From: Ostreococcus lucimarinus
Taxonomy: Eukaryota
Direction: 5' to 3' (one strand)
DNA: 64,000 bases
Assembly (NCBI GenBank): GCA_000092065.1
Contig: CP000593.1
Position numbers and translations under genes: made by a program. Positions 9,356-18,893 of this stretch are shown here, one piece after another. The notes below the pieces were generated by a model. The model saw only the letters and a program-made list of their open reading frames with translations. It ran no database searches and was not told the origin of the DNA. The number at the start of each line of letters is the position of its first letter. The first letter of the stretch is position 1.

Positions 9356-10555
9356 ATGTCCACCATCGTCATCGACGACAAGTACGCGTTGAGTGACTCG
9401 GACTCTGTCGACGCCGACGCCCCGCGATGCGCGAACTGCGGCGTCGCGAGCGACCGACTCAAAAAGTGCGCCAAGTGCCGGCGCGCGCACTTTTGCAACG
9501 CCGCGTGCCAGCGCGCGGCGTGGGACGCGCACGCGCGCGAGTGCGTCGCGGATGCGAACGCGAAACCGGCGTACAAACCGCCCGAACCGCCGCGAATGCC
9601 GACGAAGGCGGAAAAGGAAGAGGCGAAGGAGAGCGAGACGCGGCGAATTCGCGAGACGACGTTGCCGCGAGCGCGCGCGGCGTTGCGAAGAGATGGCGTC
9701 TCGACAACGGTAGATTTAGACGAGTTGATCGAGGGATTAGAAGACGCGATCGTGTTCGCGATCGGGGAGGAGGATCAGGGGTTGACTCGCGAGGTGCGGT
9801 TGGTGCTGGCGAGGGCGTATTTAGAGGCGAAGCGCGCGGATGAATGTTTGCACTATTTGGCGCCGGCGCTGGAGGAGGCGCGAAAGGAGGGCGGGGCGGC
9901 GAGCGCGGACGCGCACACGCTCGCGGCGAAGGCGCATTGCGCGAAGGGCGAGAAAGAACAGTGTCGCAAGGAATTGACGGCGGCGTTGGATTGCGCGAGC
10001 GAATCGACGAGCGACGAAGCGCAGTGCGATACGTTGCTCGACGCGGGGATTATTTTACACGATCTCGGTGACTGGGAGCGATGTGCGCCGTTGCTCAGCA
10101 CCGCGGGCGAGGCGGCAGAAAAACTCGGTCGCTTGCGCGAGGCGGCGCGCGCGTATAATCGCGCGGGTTCGGCACTTTTGCGTTCGGGTCGGCCCGACTA
10201 CGCCGGGCGATGCTGGACTCGAGAGCTGCGAGTGCTAGAGGCGGACGATTCCACCGATCCAGGGACGTTGGCGCAGGCTTTCGCGAACTGTGCGAGCGCT
10301 TTTTTACTCACTCGCGGCGAAGACGATGATGCGTTCAACTTACACAAGAAGTCCGCGCTCACGAAGGCCCGCGAGTCTGGAAATGACGCTGAGGCTCGCG
10401 TTTACTTGCAATTAGGCAACGCTTACAAACTCGCCGGAGACGCGATAGATGATAGTTTAGCGCGCGCGAAAGATTGTTTCGAGAAAGCAAAGTCGTTATC
10501 GGCGACCGATGCTGGCGAGATCGCTTCGCGGGCTTTAGAAATGCTTAGTCTGTAA
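9356..10555 (+). CDS. MYND-type zinc-finger protein with TPR-like repeats
   Basis: CANCGV...CAKCRRAHFCNAACQRAAWDAHARECV is a canonical MYND finger. The C-terminal two-thirds is a helical repeat of TPR type. The first ATG inside the longer ORF is at 9356 (MSTIVIDDKY). Confidence 0.6.
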   Translation: MSTIVIDDKYALSDSDSVDADAPRCANCGVASDRLKKCAKCRRAHFCNAACQRAAWDAHARECVADANAKPAYKPPEPPRMPTKAEKEEAKESETRRIRETTLPRARAALRRDGVSTTVDLDELIEGLEDAIVFAIGEEDQGLTREVRLVLARAYLEAKRADECLHYLAPALEEARKEGGAASADAHTLAAKAHCAKGEKEQCRKELTAALDCASESTSDEAQCDTLLDAGIILHDLGDWERCAPLLSTAGEAAEKLGRLREAARAYNRAGSALLRSGRPDYAGRCWTRELRVLEADDSTDPGTLAQAFANCASAFLLTRGEDDDAFNLHKKSALTKARESGNDAEARVYLQLGNAYKLAGDAIDDSLARAKDCFEKAKSLSATDAGEIASRALEMLSL

Positions 10556-10685
10556 TCATGATTGCAAAGCTGAGCGTTTCGTGTGAAACGCGCTTTGGCG
10601 AAGCGCCCTACTAATCTACTGTGTCGTTCACCGTCGGTACTGCATCGATGAAAGCGGCGTGCGCGTTAAAGCGTATGCAACGATG

Positions 10686-12242
10686 TTATCCATCGAGCAT
10701 TTGTAAAAATTCATCGTTGGGGAAATTGGACAAATTAAACTCCGTCGACGCCGAAGTCGAGAGGCAGCCGTGCTTGAGCGCCCAGTCGCGAAGTTCAAAG
10801 TTGCCCTCTTCCGTGGCTTTCTGAATCGTCCAACCGTCCCAAGGGCATCCGTGCTGACGAAGCCATTTTAAGACGTCCAAGTGTCCGCCTATAGCGGCGA
10901 ACGCGCACGTGCGTGAGTTCCACAAGCACCCGTGCTGACGCGCCCACTTCAAAATGTGCAAATTTCCCTCCCACGCGCTGTACTCGCACGTGTACATGTT
11001 CCATGGACAACCGCGCGCGCGCGCCCACTGCAGCACGCTCAAGTGACCACCGAGCGCGGCGTGCGCGCACGTTTGTTCATCCCAAGGCACTTCTTCGGCG
11101 CGAAGGTACTCGAGCAACTCGACGTGACCGCCGTACGCCGCGGCGGCGCACACGCGCGCGTCGACGGGGCACCCCTGTTTATGCGCCCACTTCAACACCT
11201 CGAGATGGCCGTGTCGCGCCGCTTGCACGGGCGTCCACAAGTTCCAGGGGCAGCCTTGCATTCGTAACCACTTGAGCATGTCCAAATGCCCACCCACCGC
11301 GGCTTCTTGGCACGTCCAGTCGTGCAGGATCCCCCCTTGCGAGTGCAAAAACTTGAGGCAGTCGAGGTGGCCGAAGCGCGCGGCGACGTCGCCCGCCGAG
11401 TGCGGCCATGGACAGTTCTCCGCTCGCAACCACTCGAGAACGTGTAAGTGTCCGCCCTTGGCCGCGTCCCACACCGCTTGCTCGTCCCAGGTCTCGCCCT
11501 CCGCGCGCAACCACTTCAGCGCCTCCAAGTGCCCGCCCTCGCACGCGTACTGAATCGCGCTCGAGTGCCAGTGGAAGTTGTGTCGTTTCAGCCACTTCAG
11601 CACCGCGAGCTGGCCGTTCTTCGCCGCCTTCGCGCACACCGCGCTTCCCCACGGACACCCTTCCGCCTTTAACCAGCGTAAAATCTCCAAATGCCCTCCT
11701 CGAGCGGCGCAAATCGGCGTCAATTCGTCCCACGGACACCCCACCTCGCGAAGCCAGCACATCATTTCAAAGTACCCCCCGTTCGCCGCGTTCGCGAACA
11801 CCGCCGAGTTCAACGGGCACCCGTGCGCGTGCGCCCACTTCAAAATATCCAAGTGCCCTCCCCGCGCCGCCGCCACGCACGTGTCCGCCGTCCACGGGCA
11901 CCCGTTTCGATACCCCCACTCCTCCGGTTTCGGCCCCGCGTAGAACCCCTGCTCGCGCAGCCACTGCACGCTCTCCAGCTTCCCGCTCGCCGCCGCCGCG
12001 CGACACAACCGCCAATCCCACGGCACGCCCTGCGTCTGCGCCCACCTCAACATCGCCGGCGAGTGCACGAACTTACTCACCCGCATCGCGCACACCGGAT
12101 CGCGTCCCGACTCGATCACCGCGTCCAGGCACCCGTGCGACACGCGCGACAGCACGTTGCAATCCGTGTCGTCCAGGTACTTCATGATGTACTGCTGGAA
12201 CACGTCCGGCAGCATTCCCTGCGACACCAATCGCTTCGGCAT
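10686..12242 (-). CDS. F-box-like protein carrying about 14 tandem 33-aa ankyrin-like repeats
   Basis: N-terminal F-box-like segment (LPDVFQQYIMKYLDDTDCNVLSRVSHGCLDAV). It is followed by regular repeats of consensus AAxxGHLxVLKWLRxxGCPWDxxTCxxAA, with a 99-nt period. Confidence 0.6.
   Translation of the reverse strand: MPKRLVSQGMLPDVFQQYIMKYLDDTDCNVLSRVSHGCLDAVIESGRDPVCAMRVSKFVHSPAMLRWAQTQGVPWDWRLCRAAAASGKLESVQWLREQGFYAGPKPEEWGYRNGCPWTADTCVAAARGGHLDILKWAHAHGCPLNSAVFANAANGGYFEMMCWLREVGCPWDELTPICAARGGHLEILRWLKAEGCPWGSAVCAKAAKNGQLAVLKWLKRHNFHWHSSAIQYACEGGHLEALKWLRAEGETWDEQAVWDAAKGGHLHVLEWLRAENCPWPHSAGDVAARFGHLDCLKFLHSQGGILHDWTCQEAAVGGHLDMLKWLRMQGCPWNLWTPVQAARHGHLEVLKWAHKQGCPVDARVCAAAAYGGHVELLEYLRAEEVPWDEQTCAHAALGGHLSVLQWARARGCPWNMYTCEYSAWEGNLHILKWARQHGCLWNSRTCAFAAIGGHLDVLKWLRQHGCPWDGWTIQKATEEGNFELRDWALKHGCLSTSASTEFNLSNFPNDEFLQMLDG
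10690..12010 (-). repeat. Coding tandem array, 99-nt (33-aa) period, ankyrin-like
   Basis: Repeated GGHL[DE]xLKW...GCPW units are visible across the ORF. Confidence 0.6.
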
Positions 12243-12635
12243 CGTTCACTCGACGCGCGGAAGAGCGCCGCTCGCGTCGCGTCGCGTCGCGTCCCGCGTC
12301 CGCGCGCGCCGTCGTCCGGACGCCGTCGTCCGCGGTATGCCGTCGCGTCCCGCGTCGCGTCCCTCTTCGCGTCGCGCGCGTCGCGTCGCGTTCGCGCACG
12401 GCGCGCGCGGTGATTCGAGCGCGTCGCGTCGCGTCGATCGACGCCGTCGATCGGCGCTCGCGGCGTCGCGCGCGCGTGTCGCGTCGACGCGCGCGATGAG
12501 GGTGGCTCCCTCGCGCGCGCTTTTTCTGTGTGTCCGTGTTGTCGTCTCAGTCTCAGGAGTCGCCGTGTCGAGTCATGACTCGACGCGAGTTATGGCTGGA
12601 CGCGAGTTATGACTGTTTGCGCATACGCGTGGGGC

Positions 12636-12666
12636 GACCGACCGCGACCGACCGACCGACCGACCG
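12636..12666. repeat. (GACC)n / (CCGA)n tetranucleotide microsatellite in an intergenic region
   Basis: The sequence gaccgaccgcgaccgaccgaccgaccgaccga is visible, between the minus-strand ankyrin-like repeat gene and the MLO gene. Confidence 0.7.
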
Positions 12667-12790
12667 AATCGCGCGTCCCTCGGCGGCGCGCCGCGCGACG
12701 ACGGCGCTCGCGCGCGCGCCAAAGAACGACCGGGTCGACGACCGGATCGACGACGCGCGATCGCAAACGCGCCGACGCTTAACGCGCGCC

Positions 12791-14671
12791 ATGGCGGGCG
12801 GCGGCGGCGCGGGATGGAGCGCGACGAAGGGGTATAAACTCGGCGGTTTGTTTCTCGCGCTCGCGCTGCTCTCCATCGCGCTCGCGCGCGCGAACGTCGT
12901 CGTCGGACGAACGCTGAGGAAACACAAGCGGAGCGCGATGCTGCACGTGTTCGAACACCTGCAGCTGGAGCTGATGCTGCTGGGGACGCTGTCGCTGCTG
13001 CTGACGGCGCTGCAGGACGCGCTGATGAAGATTTGCGTGAAGGAGGAGGGGTCGTACGGGACGGATGAGTGCCCAAAAGGCGAGGGACCGCTGTGGAGCG
13101 CGACGACGCTGCATCAGACGCATATTTTCATATTCATTTTGGCGTGCACGCACGTGAGTTACGTGGCGGTGAGCGCGTACGTGTGCTCGTGGAAGCTGCG
13201 GCAGTGGCGGCGTTGGGAGACGGAGGGGGAGGTGAAGGTGCACGCGTTGAATCCGAAGATTAACCCGAGGAACGCGACGGGGATTGTGCATTTGGTGTGG
13301 CGCGCGTTTTGGTCGCAGTTTCGATTCGCGGTGGACAAGGGGATGTACTTGTCGTTGCGAAGATTGTTTTTGGAGCGCACGGGGGCGACGCACGATTTCA
13401 ACTTTTACGATTACTTGCGCGAGTCCATGGAGGAAGACATGAGCTCGCTCATCGGGATGACGGTGTTGATGTGGTCGATGGCTACGATTTTCGTGACGGT
13501 GCCGCAGGCGTTGTTCTTATCCGCGGGGATCGTGTGTCTGGGCGTCATGCTCTTCGTGGGGACGATGCTCGAGAGCGTGGCGTTGCGTCTCGCGCAAGCT
13601 GCGTACGAACGTTTCGCCGACGAGAACGAACTCGAAGAGAGGTTGGCGGAAGAAGAGCTAGACATTTCTATCGAAAAATCACCCACTGTGCGGCGACGCG
13701 AGCTGCGAAAAGAGATTGATTCGCAAAATTTCTTTTGGTTGGGTCGACCGCGTTTGCTGCTCAAAGTTTACCAATTCGTGTTGTTTGAAAACGCCATTTC
13801 ACTATCCATGCTCATCTTCAGCATGTGGCAAGATAAAAAGTGGTTGACCTACAACGCGAGTATGTCGGTCGGCACCGCCTGGGCGCTGTTTGCCGTCGAC
13901 GTCTGCGTGTTGATGCACAGCGCTTTGTTCATTCTTCCCGTGTACGCCATCACGTCGACCGTTGGTTCACATTGCGCGACTTCTTTGCAAGAATACGCCG
14001 ATAAACTCGGCATCACGCGCGAGGCCGCTTTACAAGCGTATTTAGAACGCGCCAATGAGTCGATGTCCACAGCTGACGCCGCAGAGGTGGCGGCGTACGA
14101 TTTGAGTTTACTCGGGCGTGACGTCAAGGAGGTCGTCTCGAGCGGAGATTTCGATCAAGAAGCCGTGCCAGTTTCGGCGCTACCTAAAGACTTACAAGCT
14201 GTCGCGGGTGCGTCTAGTCGTCAATTATCCGCTGGTCTCAAAGATATCCAGGCCAGAGGCCAGGCGCGAAAATCGTGGGCGAAGGCGGCGGGCAAGCTCG
14301 CGGCTGGGCAAAAAGATTACTCGCGAGAGAATGAAAAATCAATCACCAGTTTGCTCGGCGCTATCTTGTCAAATCAAATGAAAGCCGAGCTCGCAAAGCA
14401 AAAGCGAGAAAAAGAAGCGAAAGAAGCGGCAAGAGCGGCGAGTCCTGGTGTTGTCGGAGCGTTGCAGCGAACATTTTCGAAGAAGGATATAGCCACGATG
14501 TCCGTCGGTCAACCATCCGCCGACGACGTCACCGAAGACTCGCCAATTCCAAGTTCGAAGGTCTTGGTTAGTAAACCGTCGATGAAGGACGTCTTTAGCA
14601 TGGCCTCGCCTCCTCCTAAGCCAACAATGCGTAGCTCGCTCGACGAAGAAAAAATCGTGGAGGAGCCGTAA
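12791..14671 (+). CDS. MLO: MLO-like seven-transmembrane protein
   Basis: LEHLQLELMLLGTLSLLLTALQDALMKICV and TLHQTHIFIFILACTHVSYVAVSAYV match MLO signatures (ALEKIKAELMLLGFISLLL / LHQLHIFIFVLAVFHV). Multiple TM helices and a long C-terminal tail. The first ATG (MAGGGGAGW) is at 12791. Confidence 0.75.
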   Translation: MAGGGGAGWSATKGYKLGGLFLALALLSIALARANVVVGRTLRKHKRSAMLHVFEHLQLELMLLGTLSLLLTALQDALMKICVKEEGSYGTDECPKGEGPLWSATTLHQTHIFIFILACTHVSYVAVSAYVCSWKLRQWRRWETEGEVKVHALNPKINPRNATGIVHLVWRAFWSQFRFAVDKGMYLSLRRLFLERTGATHDFNFYDYLRESMEEDMSSLIGMTVLMWSMATIFVTVPQALFLSAGIVCLGVMLFVGTMLESVALRLAQAAYERFADENELEERLAEEELDISIEKSPTVRRRELRKEIDSQNFFWLGRPRLLLKVYQFVLFENAISLSMLIFSMWQDKKWLTYNASMSVGTAWALFAVDVCVLMHSALFILPVYAITSTVGSHCATSLQEYADKLGITREAALQAYLERANESMSTADAAEVAAYDLSLLGRDVKEVVSSGDFDQEAVPVSALPKDLQAVAGASSRQLSAGLKDIQARGQARKSWAKAAGKLAAGQKDYSRENEKSITSLLGAILSNQMKAELAKQKREKEAKEAARAASPGVVGALQRTFSKKDIATMSVGQPSADDVTEDSPIPSSKVLVSKPSMKDVFSMASPPPKPTMRSSLDEEKIVEEP

Positions 14672-14748
14672 GATGAGACGTCTGAATGAATCGCGAAACG
14701 CGTAAACGTGTTGATATTATCCTAATACGATCAAACCTTATTATTAAA

Positions 14749-16914
14749 TTACGGAATGCAACACGACACGATGCCGAGACGAGCCGTGGAACACGGCGCT
14801 ACTTCCCGCCACTTGTTCGCGCGCACATCGTACACCTCCACCGCCGCGATGGCACTCACGCCGTCGAAACCGCCGATGGCGTAGACGGCGTCACCGGAAG
14901 GATCCACCACGGTGGCGTGCAATTGTCGACGATAATGCATCGGGGCTAAGTCCCACCATCCTCGCTTTGCTTCGCGAGGATCGTGTGCCTCGACAAGGTT
15001 CAAGACGCTTCGTTCGTCGCGTCCGCCGACGGTGAGCATCATCCCTCGCGCGTTCAAGCTCGCCACGCCCAGATCCCGACGCTTATGCTTCAAAGGTTGA
15101 CCAGTCGTCCACGTATCCGCGCGCGGGTCATACACCTCGCACAGATCTAATATTTCTCCCGTGCCGCTGAATCCACCAACGGCGTAGAGCTTCCCGCCAA
15201 GGTTGGCGACGCCGAGCGTGGCGCGACCTTCGCTCATCGGAGCGCAGGTGACCCAGGACGACGAAGGTTGCGAACCCACACCGCTAGCGTCCGCGCCGAG
15301 ACCTTCGCCGTAATCGAACGAACCGAACGTCTTGTTCGCTTCCATGGAGTGTAAGTAGTACTCCCCGTCGTATCCTCCGCACGCAAACGTCACGCCGTCG
15401 ATCATCGTCGACGCGCACCAAATGCGCGGAACGCTCATGGGATCTACGACGCGCCACTTCCCCACGCTCTCGCGGTATTCTTCAACGCTTCTCAGTGCTT
15501 CGTTCCCATCGCTACCACCGATGACGACGGTACCTCCTATAGCGGTCGTGGAACACGCCGCGTACGCTCGCGGCGTATTGAGCGACGCGAACGGCTTCCA
15601 ACTCAGGTACCCCCTCGCGTCCGCCTCGCCCGGTCTCATGTACTCCACGTCACTCAAAGGAATGTCGCTTCCACGCTCTAGTCCTCCGATGCACAAAACG
15701 CGTCCGACGAGATCTATGCCGTCCAACGCCGACGCGCGCGCGGATTCTGGAACGACGCCCGCCGCCGCGTTTGTTTGGGCGGTTTTCGTCAGCGACGCGT
15801 TCTCCACCGCTCGCGTCAACGTCGTCACCTTATCCTTCGCCCTCTTCCATCGACTCGTCGTCCCCACCGCCGGCGACCCAGCGATCGTTTCTTCCATCGC
15901 TTCGTCCACCCACGCCGCGACTTTCGCGTCGTCGCCGCGCGCCGGTTCGAAGCCTCTCGACTCGCCGTCGACGTCCTCCCCTCCGAAACTCTGACTCGCC
16001 GCGTACGACATCGACCGCGCGCTCATCGACCCCCCGGTCGCTCGCGCGTACCTCTCGTGCACCTTGATTTCGGTGTCAAACTTTATCCTCTCCGCCTCGA
16101 ATCGCATCCGTTCCCTCTCGAACGCCTCGCGTTCGTCTCGCAGCGCCGCGTACGCCCGCTCCAACTCATCCTCCTGCATCATCCTTCGCGCGTCGAAATC
16201 CCGCCGCTCGCGTTCGAGCAAATCCTTCCCTCGCAGCACCTCTCGCCGCGTCTCTTCGATCCTCTCCAGCGCTTCTTCGCGCTCCGCGTCGATCTCTCTT
16301 CGCGTCGCCTCCGCCGCGCGCCGCGCGTCTCGCGCGTAATCCGCCGCCACCGCCTCCATGCGTTCGTACGCCGCTCGCACGCGCGTCGGCGCGCCGTCAT
16401 CGCGCGTCCATCGCGTTCGCGCGTCTTCCTCGTCGCTCTCGCGCGATCGCGTCGCTCTCGCGCCGCGCGCGTCGTCGTCGTCCGACGCGTCACCGTTCCA
16501 ACGCATCCATTCGCTTTTGTCGCGCTCGCGTCGCGTCGCGCGCGCGCGTCGCGCGTCCGAGCGCGCGGACGCGCGCGAGCGCGCGTCGTCGTCGTCGTCC
16601 GCGCGCGTCGGACGCGCGCGCGTCGCGCGCATCGACGCCGGCGCGCGATGTGCGATCGCGCGCGCGACGACCAATGCGGCATCGCGCGACGCGCCGACGC
16701 CGGCGCGTCCGCGCGCGCGCCGCTCGATCGCGCGCGATGTTCCGCGAGTCCGCGCACTGCGCCGCGGCGATCGCGCTCGCGAGCGCGTTCGCGCTGGAGA
16801 TGCATTGCGAATTTCGCGCGATCGGTGGGACGGACGCGGACGCGAAGACGACGACGGCGACGACGGCGACGACGACGACGACGCGGACGCGCGCGGACGA
16901 TGCGGTGGAATCAC
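14749..16914 (-). CDS. Kelch-repeat (beta-propeller) protein with an N-terminal coiled-coil; start uncertain (candidate ATGs at 16632, 16506, 16359)
   Basis: Repeated Kelch units (VIGGSDGNEALRSVEEY, YAVGGFSGTGEILDLCEVYDPRADTW, YAIGGFDGVSAIAAVEVYDVRANKW), preceded by an E/R-rich coiled-coil. The upstream ORF portion is R-rich low complexity, and the annotated ORF start is not an ATG. Confidence 0.6.
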   Translation of the reverse strand: MIPPHRPRASASSSSSPSSPSSSSRPRPSHRSREIRNASPARTRSRARSPRRSARTRGTSRAIERRARGRAGVGASRDAALVVARAIAHRAPASMRATRARPTRADDDDDARSRASARSDARRARATRRERDKSEWMRWNGDASDDDDARGARATRSRESDEEDARTRWTRDDGAPTRVRAAYERMEAVAADYARDARRAAEATRREIDAEREEALERIEETRREVLRGKDLLERERRDFDARRMMQEDELERAYAALRDEREAFERERMRFEAERIKFDTEIKVHERYARATGGSMSARSMSYAASQSFGGEDVDGESRGFEPARGDDAKVAAWVDEAMEETIAGSPAVGTTSRWKRAKDKVTTLTRAVENASLTKTAQTNAAAGVVPESARASALDGIDLVGRVLCIGGLERGSDIPLSDVEYMRPGEADARGYLSWKPFASLNTPRAYAACSTTAIGGTVVIGGSDGNEALRSVEEYRESVGKWRVVDPMSVPRIWCASTMIDGVTFACGGYDGEYYLHSMEANKTFGSFDYGEGLGADASGVGSQPSSSWVTCAPMSEGRATLGVANLGGKLYAVGGFSGTGEILDLCEVYDPRADTWTTGQPLKHKRRDLGVASLNARGMMLTVGGRDERSVLNLVEAHDPREAKRGWWDLAPMHYRRQLHATVVDPSGDAVYAIGGFDGVSAIAAVEVYDVRANKWREVAPCSTARLGIVSCCIP

Positions 16915-17054
16915 TCGATCGCGCGGACGCGTCGGACGTCGAGCGCGGGACGCGAGGACGGGGTGAGGATGGATGGACGACGCGGGAGGGCGACGACGAC
17001 GACGACGACGACGACGAGGCGAGGAAGGAACGAAGCGCGAAAAGTCGGACGTTC

Positions 17055-18428
17055 ATGGCGTCGAACGGCGTGCAATGCGCGATGCTGCGGCCGAGGGCGC
17101 TGCGGGAGAGTCGGCGGGCGGTGCAGGCGTGGGCGGAGCTGGGGGTGATTATGTTTTTGTTTTGGTTTTGCGACCGAAGCGGGGCGGTGCGGGAGGCGAA
17201 GAAGTCGTACGATCGGGATTTGTTATTCGCGGTGTTCGCGTTGCTCGGGACGTACGGGTGGAAGACGACGCTGAAGGAGTCGAAGACGCACGCGCCGTTG
17301 CACAGGGAACAGACGGAGGAGATGAAGGGATGGATGCAGGTATTGTTCTTGTTGTATCACTACTTTGACGCGGGGGAAATGTACAACTTGATTCGAGTCT
17401 TCATCGCGGCGTACGTGTGGATGACTGGCTTCGGTAACTTTTCCTTTTATTACGTCAAGAAGGATTTCTCCGCGGTCAGGTTCGCGCAGATGATGTGGCG
17501 GTTGAACTTTTTCGTCTTTGTGACGTGCGCGGTGATGAAGAACGACTACATGCTGTATTACATTTGCCCGATGCACACGCTGTTCACGTTGCTCGTGTAC
17601 GGCGCGCTCGCGATCGCTCGAGAGAAGAATTCTGAGCCAAAATGGATCTATGGAAAGTTCATTGCATGTTTCGCCATCGTAGCGGCGGTTTGGGAAATTC
17701 CTGGGGCGTTTAAGAGGATTTTCACGCCGTTTACGTTTTTGTTTAGATACGTCAATCCGGCGAAACCAGACGTGCATCCGTTGCACGAGTGGCAGTTCCG
17801 GTCTGGATTGGATCGTTACGTGTGGATTTACGGCATGGCGTGCGCGTACTTTCACCCGAAATATGAGTTGACGATGAAATGGATCGACGAGCGTTCGACG
17901 ACGCGAGAGCGGATGATGTATCAGGGTGGCGTCGTCGCCCTCGCGAGCGGCGCGCTGTACTGGTGGTGGGTGACGTTTTTCACATTGGACAAGGTTGAGT
18001 ACAACAAGTACCATCCTTACACGAGTTGGATCCCAATAACTGCGTTCTTTGTCTTGCGAAACTCTACGAAGAAGCTCCGCGAGAATCATATCGAATTATT
18101 TTGCATATGTGGCAAGGTGACGCTCGAGACATACATCGCGCAGTTTCACATTTGGTTGTCGACGTCGCAGATGCCGAACGCTCAGCCGAAAATGTTGATG
18201 TCTCTCGTCCCGGGCTATCCTCTACTCAATCTTATGGTGTGCTCGTACATTTATATTGGAATTTCGCACCGTATCTTTGACGTCACGAATGTTCTAAAAT
18301 CGGCGTGCATTCCGAGTAAGGCGGATAATGCGACTCTCGCAAACAACGCGATTTTTGGCGGCATCGTCGTCGCAACGGCGCTCGGTCTCGGCACATTCAC
18401 GTCCCTGATATTCACTGGAAAAACATAG
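17055..18428 (+). CDS. Cas1p-type 10-TM O-acetyltransferase (RWA/CASD1-like)
   Basis: The HREQTEEMKGWMQVLFLLYHY motif matches the Cas1_AcylT / REDUCED WALL ACETYLATION signature (TEEWKGWMQ), and the rest is a multi-TM body. The first ATG after the overlapping minus-strand Kelch gene is at 17055 (MASNGVQC). Confidence 0.7.
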   Translation: MASNGVQCAMLRPRALRESRRAVQAWAELGVIMFLFWFCDRSGAVREAKKSYDRDLLFAVFALLGTYGWKTTLKESKTHAPLHREQTEEMKGWMQVLFLLYHYFDAGEMYNLIRVFIAAYVWMTGFGNFSFYYVKKDFSAVRFAQMMWRLNFFVFVTCAVMKNDYMLYYICPMHTLFTLLVYGALAIAREKNSEPKWIYGKFIACFAIVAAVWEIPGAFKRIFTPFTFLFRYVNPAKPDVHPLHEWQFRSGLDRYVWIYGMACAYFHPKYELTMKWIDERSTTRERMMYQGGVVALASGALYWWWVTFFTLDKVEYNKYHPYTSWIPITAFFVLRNSTKKLRENHIELFCICGKVTLETYIAQFHIWLSTSQMPNAQPKMLMSLVPGYPLLNLMVCSYIYIGISHRIFDVTNVLKSACIPSKADNATLANNAIFGGIVVATALGLGTFTSLIFTGKT

Positions 18429-18893
18429 CTAGCGCTAGACGACGCTTGAATTAATTATTCTGAATTCGTACGTGTACTGGTATTATAACTCGACCGAATC
18501 GAAATTGTCGTCGCGAAAGTCGACGTCGGGGAGCGGCGTCAGGACTCAGAGACACCTCTGAGTATTTTATAGGTCTCTAATCGCCTCTGAAATATCGTCG
18601 CTGAATCACTATTCTTCGTGCCGACGAATGCACCAGCGACGACAAAGACACACGTGATAGCCACCAGACCGACGATCGCGCAAACAGCCATTATGGCTTC
18701 AAACTTTTGGCAAGCTTCGTCGTTGTCGTCGTCGTCGTCGACGAACGCTCCGACGTCGTCGACGAAATCCGTTTGCGCCGAGCACGACGTGAGTGGTGGA
18801 GCAGAAGGTCGCGTCGTGTCATCCGACGTTTCATTCATCGTTAAGGCGCCATCGGACGTCATCGTGGCGAATTGTGGGGAGTCTCTCGGCTCG

